The notes below the pieces were generated by a model. It ran no database searches. It saw only the letters and a list, made by a program, of their open reading frames with translations, and had not been told where the DNA came from. The translations under genes and the position numbers were made by a program. 64,000 nt of DNA from contig AP038806.1 of the NCBI GenBank assembly GCA_047150005.1, positions 1,760,001 through 1,824,000 on the forward strand. Direction: 5' to 3'. The DNA is from Nitrospira sp. (GTDB lineage Bacteria; Nitrospirota; Nitrospiria; Nitrospirales; Nitrospiraceae). Positions 38,010 to 47,885 of this stretch are shown piece after piece (the first letter of the stretch is position 1; each line of letters begins with the position of its first letter).

Positions 38010-38537
38010 TTATGCCTTGACGCGCGGCTTGACCTGCTCGGGCTGCCTCAAGAACACCCGCTTCTGCATGATCCGGTCTTGCAATTTCAAGATTCCGTCG
38101 AAGAGGGCTTCAGGAGTGGGAGGGCAGCCTGGCACATAAATATCCACCGGCACGAACCGATCGACTCCCTGCACGACACTGTAGCTGTCGTAAATGTTGC
38201 CGGACGTCGCGCATGATCCCATGGCGATGACGTACTTGGGCTCCGGCATCTGGTCGTAAATCTTCCGAATGACCGGAGCCATCCGGCGGCAAACGGTCCC
38301 GGCCACGATCATGAGATCCGATTGTCTCGGAGAGGCACGAAACACACCGGCGCCGTAGCGGTCCATGTCATAGCGCGAGGACACGGCCGCGATCATCTCA
38401 ATGGCACAGCACGCCAGGCCGAACGTCATCGGCCAGAGGGAGCCTTTGCGGGCCCAATTCACCGCCTTTTCCACCGACGTCGTAATGACGTCCGGTGCCC
38501 CGTCCTTCTCCGGCCTGCCCAGTTGAATCAGTCCCAT
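38010..38537 (-). CDS. nuoB: NADH-quinone oxidoreductase subunit B
   Basis: [27 protein letters not shown]. Confidence 0.97.
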   Translation of the reverse strand: MGLIQLGRPEKDGAPDVITTSVEKAVNWARKGSLWPMTFGLACCAIEMIAAVSSRYDMDRYGAGVFRASPRQSDLMIVAGTVCRRMAPVIRKIYDQMPEPKYVIAMGSCATSGNIYDSYSVVQGVDRFVPVDIYVPGCPPTPEALFDGILKLQDRIMQKRVFLRQPEQVKPRVKA

Positions 38538-38911
38538 TCCAGGGCTCCCTTGCGCCACGCATAGACATAGGCCACCACAAACAACGCGATGAAAATGAGC
38601 ATTTCGACCAACCCGATCAGGCCGAGCTTCTCGAACGTCACGGCCCAGGGGTACAAAAAGATCACCTCAATGTCGAAAATCACGAACAGCATCGCGAAGA
38701 TATAGTAGCGGACCGGAAAGGGCATGCGGGCGTCCGAAAAGGGTTCCGACCCGCATTCGTAGGTCGAGAGTTTCTCCGGTTCGGGATACTTGGGTTGAAC
38801 CAAATAACTGAGCAGGAGCGTCACGACGCCGAACGCCAGCGCGATAAAAATGAAAAGCAGAATCGGAAAATACTTCGTCAGATACTCGAGGAGTAACTCA
38901 ATGCCACTCAT
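38528..38911 (-). CDS. nuoA: NADH-quinone oxidoreductase subunit A
   Basis: [30 protein letters not shown]. Confidence 0.97.
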   Translation of the reverse strand: MSGIELLLEYLTKYFPILLFIFIALAFGVVTLLLSYLVQPKYPEPEKLSTYECGSEPFSDARMPFPVRYYIFAMLFVIFDIEVIFLYPWAVTFEKLGLIGLVEMLIFIALFVVAYVYAWRKGALEWD

Positions 38912-39365
38912 CGAAATGACCTTTCAACACCTTGAGTTGCGCCAGAATGGGGGATCTTAGACGGCGGATCGCAGAGATAGCAAGCGTACAAAGGACCTAG
39001 GGGAGCCTGACCCCAAAAGTCCTAGGGGAGGGCTTCGGGGTTCCGTTTGATTTCGTCGAGGTCTCTCGTCGAAGCGGGAGGCAGTTTCGACGGCTTCGGC
39101 TGCGATGCCATCAAAACGGAGGACATTCGAAGGTGGACTGGCTTGGCTTGATCGCCACCGTCCCATTCCGCTTCCAAAGGAGACAAAGCGGAGGCGCTCT
39201 TCCGGCGATGGATCTGCGTCTCAATCGAAGAGCGCCGGGATCGTCCCTGGACTTGGCGGGGAAGCGCGGACATCATACTCCATCCTGGGCCGCCTGCTTC
39301 ATTCTCGCAGGACTTTACCACCGGGTTTGATGTCGGGTCAATCGTTGGACAAGTCTGCAATATTC

Positions 39366-39393
39366 TTGACAATCTGGGACTGTTTGCTAAGGT
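39366..39393 (+). promoter_or_regulatory. sigma70-like promoter for the OmpA/MotB gene
   Basis: TTGACA-16 bp-TAAGGT with TGn extension. Confidence 0.5.
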
Positions 39394-39432
39394 TCTCTCA
39401 AGAGCATTGGTTTCCAACAAGAAGGACGACCT

Positions 39433-40977
39433 ATGAGCATCTATTTCACTCGCACCGCATCGGCGTTCCTCCTCAGCGTGATGACCCTTGCACCCGTTGT
39501 GGCCTGGGCGGATGATCTGGACGTGATTCGATTCGGAGAAACGGCGCTCGGCTTCGCCGCCGGCTCGATCCAACAGACTACCCCGCAGGACGGGGTGGTG
39601 AATGTCACTACAGGGGACAATCAGACGACCGGTGATCGGATGCAGTTGGGATTGCGGGATACCCTCTATCTGCGGCTGAAAAATCCGGGAGATGCGACGG
39701 TCGGTGATCTCTACACGGTATTCAAGAAAGCTCGCAAGGTTTTCCATCCAGTGACGAGGGAGAATCTGGGATACCTCGTCATTCGTCTGGCCATCGTCGA
39801 GGTCGTACAGGTGGACAAGACGCTCACCACAGTGCGGGCGATCCGGGCCTACGGAGCAGTGGCTCCTGGTGATCCGGTGGTGAAGTTCGCGCTACCGACC
39901 GAACCGGAGCCGGCTTCGGTTCCGTCTTCCGGGGATGTCAGCGGCATAGTGGTCGAGCTCCAAGCCGACAAGGGCATGACCTTGGTGGCGCAGCGCAATA
40001 TCGTCTATGTCGACCGAGGCAGCAACGACGGAGTGCGGCCTGGTGATTCCATGGAAGTCATTCGCTCAGGCGGGAATTTGCCACCGAGGGCGGTTGGAGA
40101 GATCAAGATTCTTTCGACTGAGGCGCGAACCTCGACCGCCTTGGTCACGCGATCGACATCACGAATTCTGCCCGGGGACAGGTTCCGCACTAAGCCACCG
40201 GAGGGAGGCGCTGTTCCCGTGTCTATGCCGGCACCGCAGGAATTGCAGCCGCCGAGCGCGACTCGTCAGGAGACGAATGGTGCACAGACCATGGAGGTGA
40301 GTCGAAGCGAGGCCCGGAACGTTCAGCCTATATCGCGCGAGACACGTATCACGCTCAGCGATCTCATGAAGCAATTGCGATACGAATCGGGCGAGGCGAC
40401 AATCAGACCGGAGGGCTATAAAGTTCTTGACGCGCTGACCGAGTACCTGAAAACCGCACCAGCGGATCAGCTCATTCGTGTAGAGGGACATGCGGACAAC
40501 ATGGAAATCGGTCCCGCCCTGAAATCGCGATACCCGACCAATTGGGATCTCTCGAAAGCCCGGGCGAGCGGTGTGCTGCGCTATCTCGTTGAGAAAGGCG
40601 GACTCGATTCGGCCAGGATCTCCTCCGTGGGATACGGCGATACGAAACCTCTGGTGAGCAATGCCACAGAGGTCGGTCGACAAAAAAACCGCCGGGTGGA
40701 TATCGTGCTGTACCTTCCGGAGTCCGAGGCGACTCTCTCCGAGCAGGCTCGGGGCCCGGTTGTAGAAGAACGTGCGGAGAAGGTCGGTGCTCGACCGTTG
40801 GAAAAACCGGAGGTCTCGATGGCGTCCGCCGACCGAGCTCCGGCCCCGCAGGCAAACGCCACCGGTCATGTTGCCGACCGGGTCGGTGCTGGTCAACTCA
40901 CGGCGGAGAAAGCGACGGAGACTTCGGAAGCGGTCGATCAGGAGCAGCCTGCCGATGCCGTTCCCCTTCAACCCTAA
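39433..40977 (+). CDS. exported protein with N-terminal FlgT-C-like beta domains and an OmpA/MotB peptidoglycan-binding domain
   Basis: Signal peptide; VYVDRGSNDGVRPGD; IRVEGHADN...NWDLSKARA...GYGDTKP...NRRVDI. Confidence 0.85.
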   Translation: MSIYFTRTASAFLLSVMTLAPVVAWADDLDVIRFGETALGFAAGSIQQTTPQDGVVNVTTGDNQTTGDRMQLGLRDTLYLRLKNPGDATVGDLYTVFKKARKVFHPVTRENLGYLVIRLAIVEVVQVDKTLTTVRAIRAYGAVAPGDPVVKFALPTEPEPASVPSSGDVSGIVVELQADKGMTLVAQRNIVYVDRGSNDGVRPGDSMEVIRSGGNLPPRAVGEIKILSTEARTSTALVTRSTSRILPGDRFRTKPPEGGAVPVSMPAPQELQPPSATRQETNGAQTMEVSRSEARNVQPISRETRITLSDLMKQLRYESGEATIRPEGYKVLDALTEYLKTAPADQLIRVEGHADNMEIGPALKSRYPTNWDLSKARASGVLRYLVEKGGLDSARISSVGYGDTKPLVSNATEVGRQKNRRVDIVLYLPESEATLSEQARGPVVEERAEKVGARPLEKPEVSMASADRAPAPQANATGHVADRVGAGQLTAEKATETSEAVDQEQPADAVPLQP

Positions 40978-40995
40978 CTCGTTTACTTCATTATG

Positions 40996-41032
40996 AGACG
41001 GAGGGGCATGCGGATGCGTGCCCCTCCGTCTT
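40996..41032 (+). terminator. strong hairpin after the OmpA/MotB gene
   Basis: AGACGGAGGGGCATGC-GGAT-GCGTGCCCCTCCGTCT, 16-bp stem with one G-U pair; weak U tail. Confidence 0.65.
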
Positions 41033-41077
41033 CGCCCTTCCGTTGTCCCCTCTTTTCTCCTGCTGCTACAATGAGGC

Positions 41078-43378
41078 ATGCGAGACGCTTCGCCCGCGGA
41101 GTTGCCCGTTGCTGATCGACGTCTTTACGCAGAGGTCGTGGTCCCTCGCCACATCCGGAGTTCATTTACCTATCTGGTGCCCGCGCATCTACGGGCGATC
41201 CTTCGAGTCGGACACTGTGTTCACGTGCCGTTTGGACGGAGTCAGCTCCAAGGCGCCGTGATCTCGATCGATGAGCGCCTTCCGGTAGGAGTAAGCCGGG
41301 AACGGCTCAAAGAAATCAGTTCCGCTACCACGTCCGACCGACTCAATGAAATTCCGCCGGAGCTACTTGAGCTTGCGAGGCATGTCGCAGATCACTACGT
41401 CGCCCCTTTGGGGCAATGCTTGAGGTTGGTGCTGCCCCCTCCTGGCGGTGGCAAGCAGCGGAGGAGCTGCCTCAAGTTGACGATATCGGGTCGCGAGGCA
41501 CTAAGAACAGGATCCCTTGGGGACGAGGCTCGTTCCCTGCTTGAACGGTTGCGAAAGAAGCCGACGGGCATCAGGGTGACCACGCTTTTGACGCACCGCG
41601 CTTCGATGCAACGGCGAATCGTAGAAGATCTCATCGAGAAAGGTTGGGCGACCCAGGTTCAGTCACGATCTGATCACGAGGATTTTCCATCGGTTGAATC
41701 GGGTCAGATGGCGATGTCCGGTTCGTTTCCCCACGAGGAGCACACGTTTGAGGACGGCACAATGTTCCGTGCCTTTGAGTCACGTCTGCAGACCACACTC
41801 GACGACCGCCGGTCGAACACCGTCGTTCTGCAGGCCTCCCTCGCCGACCGCATGGAATATCTGTACCGGGCGATTCACCGAACGATCACCGGCGGACGGT
41901 CGGTCCTGGTGTTGGTCGGGGAAACGGATCGAGCGCGGTGGTTGGCCGACAGGCTCACCAAGCGGGGCGTCACCGTTGCCACCTGCCTGCATTCGGCTTT
42001 ACCCGATGAGACGCGCGCGGAGCTGTGGAGTCGAGTGAAGGAGCCGACGCCGCAGGTCGTGGTGGGAACCAGGTCAGCCGTGTTTCTTCCGTTCTCGTCC
42101 TTGGGAATGATTTGGGTCGAGGCAGATGGCGATACGTCGCTCAAGGAACCGCAGGAGCCTCGTTATCACGCCCGGGAGGTGGCGCGCCTACGAATTGAGT
42201 CGGGTCAAGGTGTCCTGATTCTCGGGTGTTCTCAGGTCCCGCTGGAGGTCGCCAGCCCCATGGACGACTCGGGTACGGTCATCCGCCAGGCGCCGCCGGT
42301 GGGATCGAGGCCGAACATCGAGGTTGTCGACCTCCGGTCTTTCGGAAAAGGTACGCTATTGACTCTGCCGTTGCTTGACGCGATGCGCGAGGCAATCGAC
42401 CGCCGATCCGGTGTCCTGCTCTTCCTCAATCGCAAGGGCTATGCGAATGCGCTTGTGTGTCGCGATTGCGGTCAAGTGCCCCGATGCGCGTCCTGCCGGA
42501 TTGCACTGGCCTACTCCCGGCGGACCGGGCGGTTGCTGTGTTCGTATTGTGGAACATCTACGGCTTCTCCGAGCACCTGCCCTGTCTGTTCCGGGCGTCG
42601 CCTGCAGCCGATCGGTGATGGGACTGAACGGCTTGAGGAAGAAGTCGGCTGCCTGTTTCCCGGTGCACGGGTGGTCCGAGCAGATAGGGACACCATGCGG
42701 AAGCCGTCACAGGCGATCTCAGGCTGGAAAGCCATTCAGGACCGTCAGTGGGATGTCCTCATTGGGACGCAACTGGTCCTCCGGGACTATGCCGTGCCCC
42801 TGGTCGGTCTTGTCGGGGTCGTTCATGCGGACGCCAGTCTCAATCTTCCCGATTTTCGGGCTGCCGAGCGAAGCTACCATATGCTCTGGGATGCCGCGGC
42901 GCTGGCCCGCCCGGCCAAAGACGGGGGACGCGTCATTATCCAGTCTCACCTGCCGTCTCATCATGCCATTCAGGCAGTCGTTCACCAGGATGAGACGATA
43001 TTCGCCGCCGAAGAACTTCGCCATCGAACAACGCTCGGGTATCCGCCAGCCGTTCACTTAATCGGGCTTTACGTGTCGGGAAGGGATCAGAGCCTTGTCG
43101 AGAAGGCCGCGTGTGAACTGGTCGACCGGCTCCGGGCGTCTCTGATCATGTCGGATAAGGTGCGACCGACCGGTCTTGGAGAGAATGCCGTACTCGGGCC
43201 AGTTACGCCTCCTGGCCCCAACATTCGCGGGCGGCATCGACGCCAGATCTTGGTCAAGTCTGCTTGGCGGGAACAGGGCGTGCGGTTGGTGCGGCAGAGT
43301 CTTGAACTCGTCGAGGATGCCCATCCGAGGCATATCGTTAAATTTGACGTCGACGTGGATCCCGTCGAGATGTGGTGA
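41078..43378 (+). CDS. priA: primosomal protein N' with degenerate helicase motifs
   Basis: 3'-binding domain (FTYLVP...VPFG), VVVGTRSAVFLP, PRYHARE, FLNRKGY, intact 8-Cys zinc region, LPDFRAAER, GYPP, DVDP end. Confidence 0.9.
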   Translation: MRDASPAELPVADRRLYAEVVVPRHIRSSFTYLVPAHLRAILRVGHCVHVPFGRSQLQGAVISIDERLPVGVSRERLKEISSATTSDRLNEIPPELLELARHVADHYVAPLGQCLRLVLPPPGGGKQRRSCLKLTISGREALRTGSLGDEARSLLERLRKKPTGIRVTTLLTHRASMQRRIVEDLIEKGWATQVQSRSDHEDFPSVESGQMAMSGSFPHEEHTFEDGTMFRAFESRLQTTLDDRRSNTVVLQASLADRMEYLYRAIHRTITGGRSVLVLVGETDRARWLADRLTKRGVTVATCLHSALPDETRAELWSRVKEPTPQVVVGTRSAVFLPFSSLGMIWVEADGDTSLKEPQEPRYHAREVARLRIESGQGVLILGCSQVPLEVASPMDDSGTVIRQAPPVGSRPNIEVVDLRSFGKGTLLTLPLLDAMREAIDRRSGVLLFLNRKGYANALVCRDCGQVPRCASCRIALAYSRRTGRLLCSYCGTSTASPSTCPVCSGRRLQPIGDGTERLEEEVGCLFPGARVVRADRDTMRKPSQAISGWKAIQDRQWDVLIGTQLVLRDYAVPLVGLVGVVHADASLNLPDFRAAERSYHMLWDAAALARPAKDGGRVIIQSHLPSHHAIQAVVHQDETIFAAEELRHRTTLGYPPAVHLIGLYVSGRDQSLVEKAACELVDRLRASLIMSDKVRPTGLGENAVLGPVTPPGPNIRGRHRRQILVKSAWREQGVRLVRQSLELVEDAHPRHIVKFDVDVDPVEMW

Positions 43379-43807
43379 TCAGCGTTTCTTGCGGGATGCA
43401 GCGCGCACAGCCGGAGGAGGAGCGTCTGCGGCGGATCCCACGGTCGGTGCCGCCGACCGTTTAAACAATCCGTAGGAAAAGGCCAACCAAAACGCTGCGG
43501 AGAGAATGCCCATGAGCGCGGCGGAGAGCAGCATGCCCATCTGCTCGTCGGAGGGCTGGGAGGTTGTGGAACGGATTTGTTGCATCGTGACGATCGGCCA
43601 GGCGAAGCTCTCGATCCCCAACAACAAGGTGACCCAAGCCCAGATCGCGGTGATAGTTCTGCCTCCCCGTGCCAGAAATCCTAGAGAGACGGCCAAGATG
43701 ATGCCTCCTCCGACAGGCGAGAGTCGATCCCATGCCAGCCATGCGCCGATGGCCACGACGATACTGCCTGCGAACGCGTTGACGAGTTGGACCCAGAACT
43801 GGTTCAT
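43379..43807 (-). CDS. hypothetical membrane protein (~4 TM)
   Basis: Hydrophobic segments; fills the gap between priA and the response regulator. Confidence 0.7.
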   Translation of the reverse strand: MNQFWVQLVNAFAGSIVVAIGAWLAWDRLSPVGGGIILAVSLGFLARGGRTITAIWAWVTLLLGIESFAWPIVTMQQIRSTTSQPSDEQMGMLLSAALMGILSAAFWLAFSYGLFKRSAAPTVGSAADAPPPAVRAASRKKR

Positions 43808-43891
43808 GCCGTAGAGCTTGTCCGATTTGGGTCAGTGTGAGTGTGAGGGATGGTTTTGTCAACGCCGGGCGGGCGGAGTGTAACGGAATCT

Positions 43892-44263
43892 TCAGGCAAG
43901 GAGCGCGGATTCAGCTGCTTCAAGTAGAGCTTTCATCTCAAAGGGTTTTTGCAGCGTGCTGTGCGCGCCCAGCATTTTGGCGACGTCCAGAAACCCAAGG
44001 ACTCCGATCATGTCGCTGCCGCCGGTAATGGCGATGATCTTCACGCGCGGCGCTTCGCGTCGCAAGACGGTGATGCACTCCAAACCATCTTGATCGGGCA
44101 TCAAGATATCCGTAATCACGACGTCCGCGGGTTGGAGGCGGTACTGCTCGAGCGCGTCTCGTCCGTTGCTGGCCTCTGCGACGCGATATCCGGCTTCTTC
44201 AAACGTGGTTCGAATCAGTTGGCGAATCTGGTCCTCATCGTCAACGATCAGAATGGAAGGCAT
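43892..44263 (-). CDS. single-domain response regulator
   Basis: ILIVDDE, TDILMPDQDG, AITGG, LQKPF; ATG 44263. Confidence 0.92.
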   Translation of the reverse strand: MPSILIVDDEDQIRQLIRTTFEEAGYRVAEASNGRDALEQYRLQPADVVITDILMPDQDGLECITVLRREAPRVKIIAITGGSDMIGVLGFLDVAKMLGAHSTLQKPFEMKALLEAAESALLA

Positions 44264-44504
44264 AGCGCTCCCCGTTCGCTTCAAGGTCACATTTCGCCCC
44301 CGACACGGCTCTTTTCGGTCGTGTGCGTCTCTTGGATCACTCTAGCATCCGCTGTGTGGGAGGGCAAACAATTGGCGTCTTTCACGTGGAGAGGGGTCTT
44401 CTTCTTAATGCGGCCCTTTGGCGTGAAACCGGGAGCAGGTGGCCGATGAAACGAACCGCGCAGTCTTGTGTCGACCGGGGTCACCACGTGAGGGAAGATG
44501 ATGT

Positions 44505-44588
44505 TGGTGCCGAAGGCGGGACTTGAACCCGCACGGCTTTCGCCACACGCCCCTCAAACGTGCGTGTCTGCCATTCCACCACTTCGGC
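44505..44588 (-). tRNA. tRNA-Leu(GAG)
   Basis: Reverse complement GCCGAAGTGGTGGAATGGCAGACACGCACGTTTGAGGGGCGTG...GGTTCAAGTCCCGCCTTCGGCACCA. Confidence 0.97.
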
Positions 44589-44594
44589 ACTTAA

Positions 44595-44715
44595 GGCACG
44601 CTGAACATGCCCTTCAACTTCGTCCTCGGTCGCCTGCTTCACTGCGACGTAACAACCTCCTACGCCTCGTTCGCAGGCTCTCTGCGGCCTCGTTCAAGGA
44701 CATGTTGAGCGTGCC
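44595..44715. repeat. 121-bp palindromic MITE/REP-like element with 24-bp imperfect terminal inverted repeats
   Basis: GGCACGCTGAACATGCCCTTCAAC ... GTTCAAGGACATGTTGAGCGTGCC (21/24 match). Confidence 0.7.
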
Positions 44716-44819
44716 CGAGAATTTCGCTCGCGCTGACTGCAGTCTCGTCGCAGGTCCGTTCAAAGATCCTACAGATCGTCAAACCGCCCGCATGCTCCGT
44801 GCAAGCCAGAGGGAAGCGC

Positions 44820-44871
44820 ATTATAGAAGTAGGGCAAAATTCTTGTCAACGAAGGGAACGTTCGGTAGAAT
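44820..44871. promoter_or_regulatory. overlapping divergent sigma70 promoters (tRNA-Leu on -, HAD-queE on +)
   Basis: Minus: TTGACA(44849-44844)-18 bp-TATAAT(44825-44820). Plus: TTGTCA(44843)-17 bp-TAGAAT(44866). Confidence 0.7.
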
Positions 44872-44938
44872 CGGTCCGCACGTCTCGAATGGGTTCTGTG
44901 CACACCTTTCGGATCATCCGACTCAGGACGACTCATCA

Positions 44939-45628
44939 ATGACGCCCGCTCATATGCTTTCCCGGTCTGGAACCGGGACTCAGGTCGCCGCGTTCTTTGA
45001 CTTGGACAATACCTTGTTGCCTGGCGAGGCCAGCGAGGTGCGATTCTTCCGGTTTCTCTGGAGGCGGAAGGTCGTCGGCTGGCCGGAATTGAAGGCCAGC
45101 GTAGGATGGCTCCTCCGGCATTCGCCCGCGATGTCGCTCCAGCCTCTCCGCGAGCACAAGTTGTATCTCGCCGGTAAGCCGGCCCAAGTGATCGAGCCGC
45201 TGGGAGAGGAGTTCTGTCGCGAGGAGCTTTGCCCCGTGGTGGCGGCCGACGGGATGAGGCGGATGGAAGAACATCGTCGTGCCGGGCACAGGATCGTCCT
45301 CATCACCGGCTCGCTGCATTTCCTCGTTCAACCTATTGCGGAGGCGCTCCGCGTCGATCGATCTGTTGCGGCAGTCCTTGAGCAGGCGGAAGGACTCTGT
45401 ACGGGCCGATTGGTTGCTCCTCTGCCCTACGGCGAAGAGAAACGAGCACTCATTCAACGGCTGTCTGCCGAGCTGGATTTCGACTTAGGGTCCTGCTTCG
45501 CCTATGTCGATAGTCCTGGAGATCTTGAGATACTCAAAGCGGTCGGCCATCCGACGGTCGTCAACCCCATCCGCGGGATGGGCACGCTCGCCGTGCAATA
45601 TCACTGGCCGATCGTGCGCTGGCGGTAG
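44939..45628 (+). CDS. HAD-IB family hydrolase
   Basis: AAFFDLDNTL, LITGS, EEK, DS.GD motifs. The 44498 start is rejected because it overlaps the tRNA. Confidence 0.9.
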   Translation: MTPAHMLSRSGTGTQVAAFFDLDNTLLPGEASEVRFFRFLWRRKVVGWPELKASVGWLLRHSPAMSLQPLREHKLYLAGKPAQVIEPLGEEFCREELCPVVAADGMRRMEEHRRAGHRIVLITGSLHFLVQPIAEALRVDRSVAAVLEQAEGLCTGRLVAPLPYGEEKRALIQRLSAELDFDLGSCFAYVDSPGDLEILKAVGHPTVVNPIRGMGTLAVQYHWPIVRWR

Positions 45629-45666
45629 CAGCGCGCGTGAGCGACTTCCGGAACGGAACATTCGGC

Positions 45667-46302
45667 ATGCGAATCACCGAGATCTTCCACAGTATCCAAG
45701 GGGAATCCACCTATGCAGGGCGACCCTGCGTCTTTGTACGGCTGACCGGCTGTCCGCTCCGTTGCACGTGGTGCGATACGGCATACGCGTTTCATGGAGG
45801 GGAAGAGATGTCCGTTGGCGACGTGTTGACCACCGTCGAGTCATATGGATGCAGACTCGTCGAAATCACCGGTGGAGAGCCTCTGGCGCAACCCCAAGCC
45901 TTGCAGCTTATCGAGTCATTGTGTGAGGCGGACTACACGGTTCTGATTGAAACCAGCGGCGCCATCGATATTTCACCGGTTGACCGCCGTGCACACGTAA
46001 TCCTCGATGTGAAGTGCCCGGGAAGCGGAATGACGGAACGGATGTGGTGGCAGAACCTGACGCGGTTGAGCGCAAAGGACGAAGTCAAATTCGTGGTCGC
46101 CGGCCGGCACGATTACGACTGGGCGGTGGGGATCATCGAGCAGTATGGTCTGACAGGATTGTGCCCGGTGCTCATGAGTCCGGTCTTCGAGAGCCTTGAA
46201 CCACGGCAGCTGGCCGAATGGATCTTGAGGGACCGGCTGCCGGTTCGGTTCCAGCTGCAACTCCACAAGTTCATTTGGGCACCAGACGCGCGCGGCGTCT
46301 AA
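45667..46302 (+). CDS. queE: 7-carboxy-7-deazaguanine synthase (radical SAM)
   Basis: EIFHSIQGE, FVRLTGCPLRCTWCDT, ITGGEP, IETSG, LQLHKFIW. Confidence 0.93.
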   Translation: MRITEIFHSIQGESTYAGRPCVFVRLTGCPLRCTWCDTAYAFHGGEEMSVGDVLTTVESYGCRLVEITGGEPLAQPQALQLIESLCEADYTVLIETSGAIDISPVDRRAHVILDVKCPGSGMTERMWWQNLTRLSAKDEVKFVVAGRHDYDWAVGIIEQYGLTGLCPVLMSPVFESLEPRQLAEWILRDRLPVRFQLQLHKFIWAPDARGV

Positions 46303-46312
46303 GAAACCGGTT

Positions 46313-46335
46313 CCGGCCGTCGGTCTGACGGCCGG
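46313..46335 (+). terminator. GC-rich hairpin between queE and pepA
   Basis: CCGGCCGTC-GGTCT-GACGGCCGG; no U tract. Confidence 0.35.
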
Positions 46336-46372
46336 CATCGCACGCTCAAGCAAGCGCAAGAAGGGGAAGGTC

Positions 46373-47884
46373 ATGAAGCTGATGCAGGTTCAGATCAACG
46401 TGGGGCGGCCCGAGTCCGAGTCGGTCGAGGTTCTGGTCTTGACGCATTGTGAAGGGGAGGCTTTGGCGAAACAGGATGCCGGCGCGATCGATAAGGCGCT
46501 CGGCGGCTTGCTGCAAGGTCTCCTCCGGAGCGGGGAGTTCGAGGGGCGGACGGGCGAAACGATGCTGTTCCCCACGCAAGGCAAGGTGCCGGCGAAACGA
46601 CTGCTCTTGATCGGATTGGGGAAGAAAAAGTCGCTGACGCTGGACACCCTGCGACAGGCGATGGGGCACGCGGCTAAACGTGCGCGCCAAGCGAAAGTGG
46701 ATGCGTTCACGGTCTGCTATCCGACCTCGACGCCCAAGGGGCACTCTCCGGTGGAGATTGCTCAGGCCATGACGGAAGGCGCCGTTCTCGGCGGGTATCA
46801 GTTTATGACCTACCGCAGCGAGGATACGACCGCAAGAGACATCGGTTTCATGACCCTTCTCGTGCCGCAAAAGAGTCAGGTGCGTCAGGGCGCCGAAGGC
46901 GTCCGCCGGGGCCTTGCTACGGCGGAGGCCACGATGTTCGTCCGCGACCTCTGCAATCATCCCTCCAACGTCATGACCCCGACGCGCATCGCCGACGAAG
47001 CCAAAGCGATCGCCAAGCAGGAGCATCTTACGCTCAAGATTCTTGAGCAGAAAGACATGGAGCACCTGGGCATGGGCGCGCTGCTGGGCGTGGCCCGCGG
47101 CAGTCACGAGCCGCCGAAATTCCTCATCCTGGAATACAATCGGGCCAGGAAAAAGGATGAGCGTCCGGTCGTGTTCGTCGGGAAGACCATTACATTCGAT
47201 ACGGGAGGGATCTCGCTGAAGCCGGCCGAGAACATGGAACACATGAAAGCGGACATGACCGGCGGTGCCGAGGTGCTGGCGGCAGTCAGAGCAGCCGCTC
47301 GCCTGAAGCTGCCGCTTCGGCTCATCAGTATTCTGCCGGTGGCGGAGAACATGCCGGGAGGGCGGGCGATGAAACCGGGCGACATCGTGAAAACGCTCTC
47401 GGGCAAGACCGTCGAAGTGCAAAATACCGACGCGGAAGGGCGGCTCATTCTCTCCGATGCGCTCTTCTATGCCCAGCGCTACAATCCTGCGGCCCTGGTC
47501 GATATCGCAACCCTGACGGGCGCCTGTGTCGTGGCTCTCGGCCAGTTCGCCATCGGCATGTTCGGAACGGACGCCAGACTGAAGGACCAGGTTCGAAAGT
47601 CCGGTCTGACGGCGGGCGAACGCGTCTGGGAGATGCCGTTGTGGGAAGAGTATTTCGAGCAGCTGCGCAGCGATGTTGCGGATATGCGGAATATCGGAGG
47701 CCGCGGAGGAGGCATGATCACCGCCGCGCTGTTCCTGAGCAAATTCGCGGGCGACTATCCGTGGGTGCACCTCGATATCGCGAGCACCGATTGGAGTGAG
47801 CGGGAGCGGGCCTATATTCCCAAGGGTCCCACGGGCATCGGCACGAGGCTGCTGATTCAGTATCTGATCGATCGGAGTTTGTAG
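46373..47884 (+). CDS. pepA: leucyl aminopeptidase (M17)
   Basis: VGKTITFDTGGISLK, MKADM, NTDAEGRL, ATLTGA, HLDIA. Confidence 0.96.
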   Translation: MKLMQVQINVGRPESESVEVLVLTHCEGEALAKQDAGAIDKALGGLLQGLLRSGEFEGRTGETMLFPTQGKVPAKRLLLIGLGKKKSLTLDTLRQAMGHAAKRARQAKVDAFTVCYPTSTPKGHSPVEIAQAMTEGAVLGGYQFMTYRSEDTTARDIGFMTLLVPQKSQVRQGAEGVRRGLATAEATMFVRDLCNHPSNVMTPTRIADEAKAIAKQEHLTLKILEQKDMEHLGMGALLGVARGSHEPPKFLILEYNRARKKDERPVVFVGKTITFDTGGISLKPAENMEHMKADMTGGAEVLAAVRAAARLKLPLRLISILPVAENMPGGRAMKPGDIVKTLSGKTVEVQNTDAEGRLILSDALFYAQRYNPAALVDIATLTGACVVALGQFAIGMFGTDARLKDQVRKSGLTAGERVWEMPLWEEYFEQLRSDVADMRNIGGRGGGMITAALFLSKFAGDYPWVHLDIASTDWSERERAYIPKGPTGIGTRLLIQYLIDRSL

Positions 47885-47885
47885 C

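Noticed and set aside
39327..39341. FNR/CRP box TTGAT...GTCAA
   Set aside because: Spacing is one base too long for TTGAT-N4-ATCAA.
44498..44938. N-terminal extension of the HAD ORF
   Set aside because: Runs antisense through tRNA-Leu, the palindrome and the promoters. The HAD motif starts after ATG 44939.
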